Assembly: GCA_052327205.1 (NCBI GenBank) | Contig: CM126220.1 | Location: forward strand, 10,788,001 to 10,852,000 | Direction of reading: 5' to 3' | Origin: Somniosus microcephalus | Taxonomy: Eukaryota | DNA: 64,000 bases | Shown here: positions 59,827-64,000 of the stretch, piece after piece | Layout of the letters: every line of letters begins with the position of its first letter | Numbering within the stretch: position 1 is the first letter of the stretch | The notes under the pieces: generated by a model | Seen by the model: the letters and a program-made list of their open reading frames with translations, nothing else | What the model was told of the DNA's origin: nothing | The model's database searches: none | Position numbers and translations under genes: made by a program

Positions 59827-62030
59827 CATTTATCAATATCTTCCACTGGCTGCAATTAGTTGAGGTATGGATCAAACATCATCTAATTGAATGGTGAAAT
59901 AGGCTCGAGGGGCTGAATGGCCTACTCCTGTTCCCGTGAAACTGTTACTCCAACTATGGTGAAAATACACAGTATTATGACTCTTTTGCTTGAAGAATTG
60001 GCCTGTTCTCAAGTGGGGCTGAAGGCATGAGATTGATTTTGAACAAGATTTGCTGAGTTCAGCTGACAATCCAGTGTCACAGCGTGCAAATTTAGAATGA
60101 CTGGATGTGCCACTCGGGAACAATGCAGACTTGGTTGGATTCATATCTTCTCCCATTTCCCCCGCCCCCTCCCTGGGAACTCGGCAGGCTTAAATTTCCA
60201 GCTTGTCCTTCCCCTGCTCCCTGGGAACAAGACAGACGCACAGTCACATTTCCCCCTCCCCTTTCCTGAGAACATGGCAGGTTTGATCTCCGCTGTTCTC
60301 TCATCCTTTCGTGTGTAACTTTTTTAAATGACTTATGTGTGGCACTATGAAGAGCATGCAGCTTGAATTGTCCAAGAATATAAATTGATAAACAATTGTA
60401 CATTCTAGAGCTGTTTTTAAAAGCTATCCAACAATGACAGAATAGAATGTTGCAATCGGTAATTGCATGCTCAAACTGTTCTTTCACTCATGAGAAAGAT
60501 CTTCATAGTTCGTTTGTCCCTGTGGTGCTCTTGAATTATGAGTCTTTCACATTTATGAAAGAACAGCAAGAACACACTGTCACCCATTGCGATAGCTTAG
60601 ATTTGTTTTGCCTTGGTTTTATCCATCCAAAGAGAGGTATGTGACAGTGCCTTATCACCGAGCCAAACTTCTGTCATATTTTATGGGCAAGTGAATTAAA
60701 AGGACCACTTACGGTACCAGGCAACCAGATTATGGTTTTAATATAAGGCTTTGTACTTCTTGGTCTAGTTTGTCTTATTCCAATCTCCCTTCCTCTGTCT
60801 CTTAAAAGAAATTGTGCTAATTGTAAAATTGTCAAATCCTCGAAGGTCTCGCAATGACCTCTGAAGGTTAGAAATGAGGAATTTCTTACAGCTTTAATAG
60901 AAACTGTAAGAAGTCTAACCTTGTGTTTTCATAAGGGTATTGTTGCTGTAAACCCTTGAAGATTCATCTTGTTAGATTTGTAGTTGATCACTCATTTCTG
61001 ACGAGTTCAAAGGGACAAAATGCTGTCTTTTCCCAGGGGTATAATTGGCATGCTGTAAATTCAGTAAGAAGTAAGTTAGGCATTTTTCCCACTGATAGAA
61101 AAGATGAAACCATGCCAGTAATGAAACTTCAGAATTTACAGTATTTTCATCAAGTGGTAAAACTAAAAGTGTAAATGAAGTGTGAACATTTCGCTTTCAA
61201 TTTATTGCAGAGCTAGCACTAATTTTCAGCCTGTGATCTCCCTCAAATGTTGTCATTATCCGATTCTCATTGTTGCTTATTATAGAGGGAAATCATTTGT
61301 GTTTAGTTTAATAAACAAATGTATTGCAGCATATACAGTGATTCAATCTTATTTACAAATGAAGCTTTTCTTCTAGTTTTTTTTTCATTTGATTTCCTTG
61401 TTTGTCTCCCTCCTGTGTCAACACTATCATCCTTTGAAGGAAGCTCAGCTCGGGTGGAGGGAAAAGAAAGCAACATTGTGGCAAAAATAAAGCATTCTGT
61501 TCTAAGATTTAGCTTGGTATTGGCTTCTTTAATTCTGTCATGATAAGTAAGGGATTTTAAAAAAACTTTCACTCTGAGAAATCATGCCCCAACTTGTCAA
61601 TATAATTGTTGCATCAATGAACTGGCTGGTCATCAGACAGTTTGTTTGAGGCAGAAGCAAGCCACTCAATTCAAATACAAACATGCTGTGTGATTTGTTC
61701 AGATGTGTGTCTGAATGATGTTTTTTCTTCAAATTAATGGACAGTTAATTAAATTCAGAGTTCCAGGTATTCTTTTGAAAGTAATAATCAACCTGCGCTT
61801 TTCAAATCAATGAGTTGGATCTGGAGCCTTCGAAGGGAGACTGACTGCAACCTCTGAAGGAAATTAGATTTGTAGTTGATCACTCATTTCTGATGAGTTC
61901 CATTGTTGGCGTGGAAAGAATTGCAGAAATGTTGTGTAAAAAAGTAATTGTAACATAGTTTTACCACAGTTGCAATTATTTTCCTATTATTTGCAGAGTT
62001 AGCAAAGTTTAACAAACGTTACAAAATATT

Positions 62031-62777
62031 GGCCCATATTTTCTGATCGGAGGCTTCTTGCGTGCGGAGGCCTCCGATCTGGGAAAAAATCTACGCCCTT
62101 ACCTGAGGGCTTCAGAGGTCCGGCCGTTTCCGCTCTCCATGGGCCTCTCCACGGCAAAATGCGCAGGGCCCAGGTATCCCAGGGGCGCATACGGTTCGCA
62201 AGCGTCCCTGGGATCACGTGGGCCATGGGGAGTCAATGGGAGAAGGGAATCCCCCTTCAAACTTTTGACAGCTTAGACCTGTCAAAAGTATGAATGGGGA
62301 TCACTGAAAAAACACATCAAAACATTAAATACATTTTTTTAAATCATGTTTTAAAATTAGTTAAAATTACATTGAATTAAATATTTTAAATAAAAATTTA
62401 ATTTTTTGAAAAAAAAGCTTTTTTACGGGGCTAAAAATAAACTGACCTTTTTAAAAAGTATTTAAATTAAAAATGAGTGGGGGAAAAAAATTTTTTTTTT
62501 AACTTATGCTGGTAAAAGCAGACCTTGCACCTGCTTTTACCAGGCATAAGATTTTTAAGGGATTTCAGCTGGCGGAGATTCTCCCCCCCCCCCCCCCCCC
62601 CCTGCTGCAGAGGCCCTTCTCCAGGGCAGGCGGAGGATCTATCGAGAGGATTCTTGACAGATCGGAAGTGCCGGTATTCAGCGTATGCGCTTCACATGCC
62701 TGAAACCGGCACTTGCGAGGTCCCTACAGGTGTGTACACAGCTCGTACACACCCGTAGGGATTGAAAAAAACGGGCC
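62031..62777 (+). mobile_element. MITE, copy 2 of the 7603-8293 family
   Basis: 18-bp TIR ggcccatattttctgatc / gattgaaaaaaacgggcc; colinear with copy 1; expanded poly-C at ~62583-62602. Confidence 0.8.
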
Positions 62778-63379
62778 TATGTTTTATTGCGACAAATTTT
62801 CTTCTTCTATTACTATTTAATAAATTATGTGGCAGTTAAAGCCTCAAACAGGGGCTAGCGTTATTCTGACACTTTCCGAAGACAGAGACGCTTGGATAGA
62901 ACCAATAGCTGAGATATCTTTTCAAAGTTCTCTGTTTATTTACAAGCTGTGATATTTTACCTCCATTACAAACTAGTGAAAGCTCATTTGAGGATGTATG
63001 GAGATGGGTTCCCCTGTAACAGTAGTGAAACACAAGCCGAAAAAGGTAAAAGGACCCAAAAACATTAGAAATGTGTCCCACAGACTTCTCTGTGTTCTGA
63101 ATTAAATTACTGAAGAATGATCTGCTCAATTAGAAGGAGCTGTACTTGGATGGGGCAAAGTCAACCTGTCGATCACTCGCGCGTCAGAACAATGAAATGG
63201 GAGGAGCCTCGTGTAGAGTATAAACACCAGCGCAGACTAGTTGGGCCGAACGACCTGTTTCTGTGCTGTATATTCTATGTAACATTTTACTGCACTGTGG
63301 CAACTCCAGGTGCTGACCCAGCCAAGAGCTGGTGAGACATGACCAGTTAGGTTTCTTGGGGTGTGAACCATCAGTTATG

Positions 63380-63680
63380 GTGCTCCCCAGTGGTCAGGAA
63401 GTATATCTAGTAAGTATCTCAGTTATACAGACGAGGATGGTTGTAGGTTCCATCCTCAGCTTATGCTGAATTAGCTGATCTAACCTGGGGCAACATTAGG
63501 TACTTTACAAGTGGTCGTAGTGACCTTGGATTAGGGAGGGGTAAATTGGCCTAGGTTCCTACTCTTAGCTATCCACCAATCCTTGTGGAATTATGAATGT
63601 GTGGATATCAGATGAAGGCAGGATTATTATACTCTAATGTGATGCTCCCATGGTCAAATAGCCTGCTAACGCTCGGTCGT
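63380..63680 (+). mobile_element. LF-SINE-like relic
   Basis: tgctgaattagctgatctaacctggggca...ttagggaggggtaaattggcctaggttcc...tgtgatgctcccatggtcaaatagcctgc. Confidence 0.6.
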
Positions 63681-64000
63681 AAAGATGAGGTAGACTATTT
63701 ATCCCATCTAGCTCCTCTTTCCACAGACACCTAAAAATAATCCTCCTCCCCCCCCCGCCCCCTCCCAATCGCAGCATGAAACTGCCTCTTGATAAATCAG
63801 GTTTTTTGCCTCCATTACCATATCCAGAAGACCATTTGATGTATTACACGCTCTGTATGAATAAGTGCTTCCTGAAATCAATCCTAAAGGTGTCTTTTAC
63901 TTGTTTTTTCCTATGTACTCTTGTCTTGAAGTTTAACTGGAAACACTGCTGAGGATGAACCTTTCCAATTTTACTTAGCACTTTATATAACTCTATTAAG

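Noticed and set aside
61790-61870. Minus-strand acceptor ctaatttccttcag as an exon start
   Set aside because: All three frames stop within ~22 codons and the following donor is poor.
62583-62602. Poly-Pro ORF / G-quadruplex from the poly-C run, and poly-A runs at ~1863, ~14539, ~54412
   Set aside because: Simple homopolymer expansions; the poly-C run is absent from the sister MITE copy and such lengths are assembly-sensitive.

Overview
Vertebrate nuclear DNA, most likely a cartilaginous fish (shark/ray-type V-SINE, Deu-domain SINE, CR1 and Penelope families; recognised from memory, not by search). About 60 kb behaves like intron or intergenic sequence densely filled with mobile elements. Only two long ORFs are real, and both are retrotransposon genes. 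The first belongs to a near-intact full-length CR1-clade LINE (23722-28162, minus): an uninterrupted 969-aa APE+RT ORF2 and a Zn-finger/esterase ORF1 broken by one extra G. The second belongs to a young 5'-truncated Neptune-type Penelope-like element (PLE; RT + GIY-YIG, 37281-39523, minus) inserted into an older CR1. The most striking non-coding signal is a dispersed set of minimal hammerhead-ribozyme motifs in PLE pseudo-LTRs: three with near-complete cores and several relics. Many sit in short TSD-flanked non-autonomous or fold-back insertions. Also present: L2 3' ends, about 10 LF-SINE-like relics, hAT and PIF/Harbinger-like MITEs with readable TIRs and TSDs, and 2-4 candidate micro-exons of an unidentified plus-strand host gene. 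No rRNA, true tRNA gene or CRISPR array was seen. Boundaries of old repeats are approximate.
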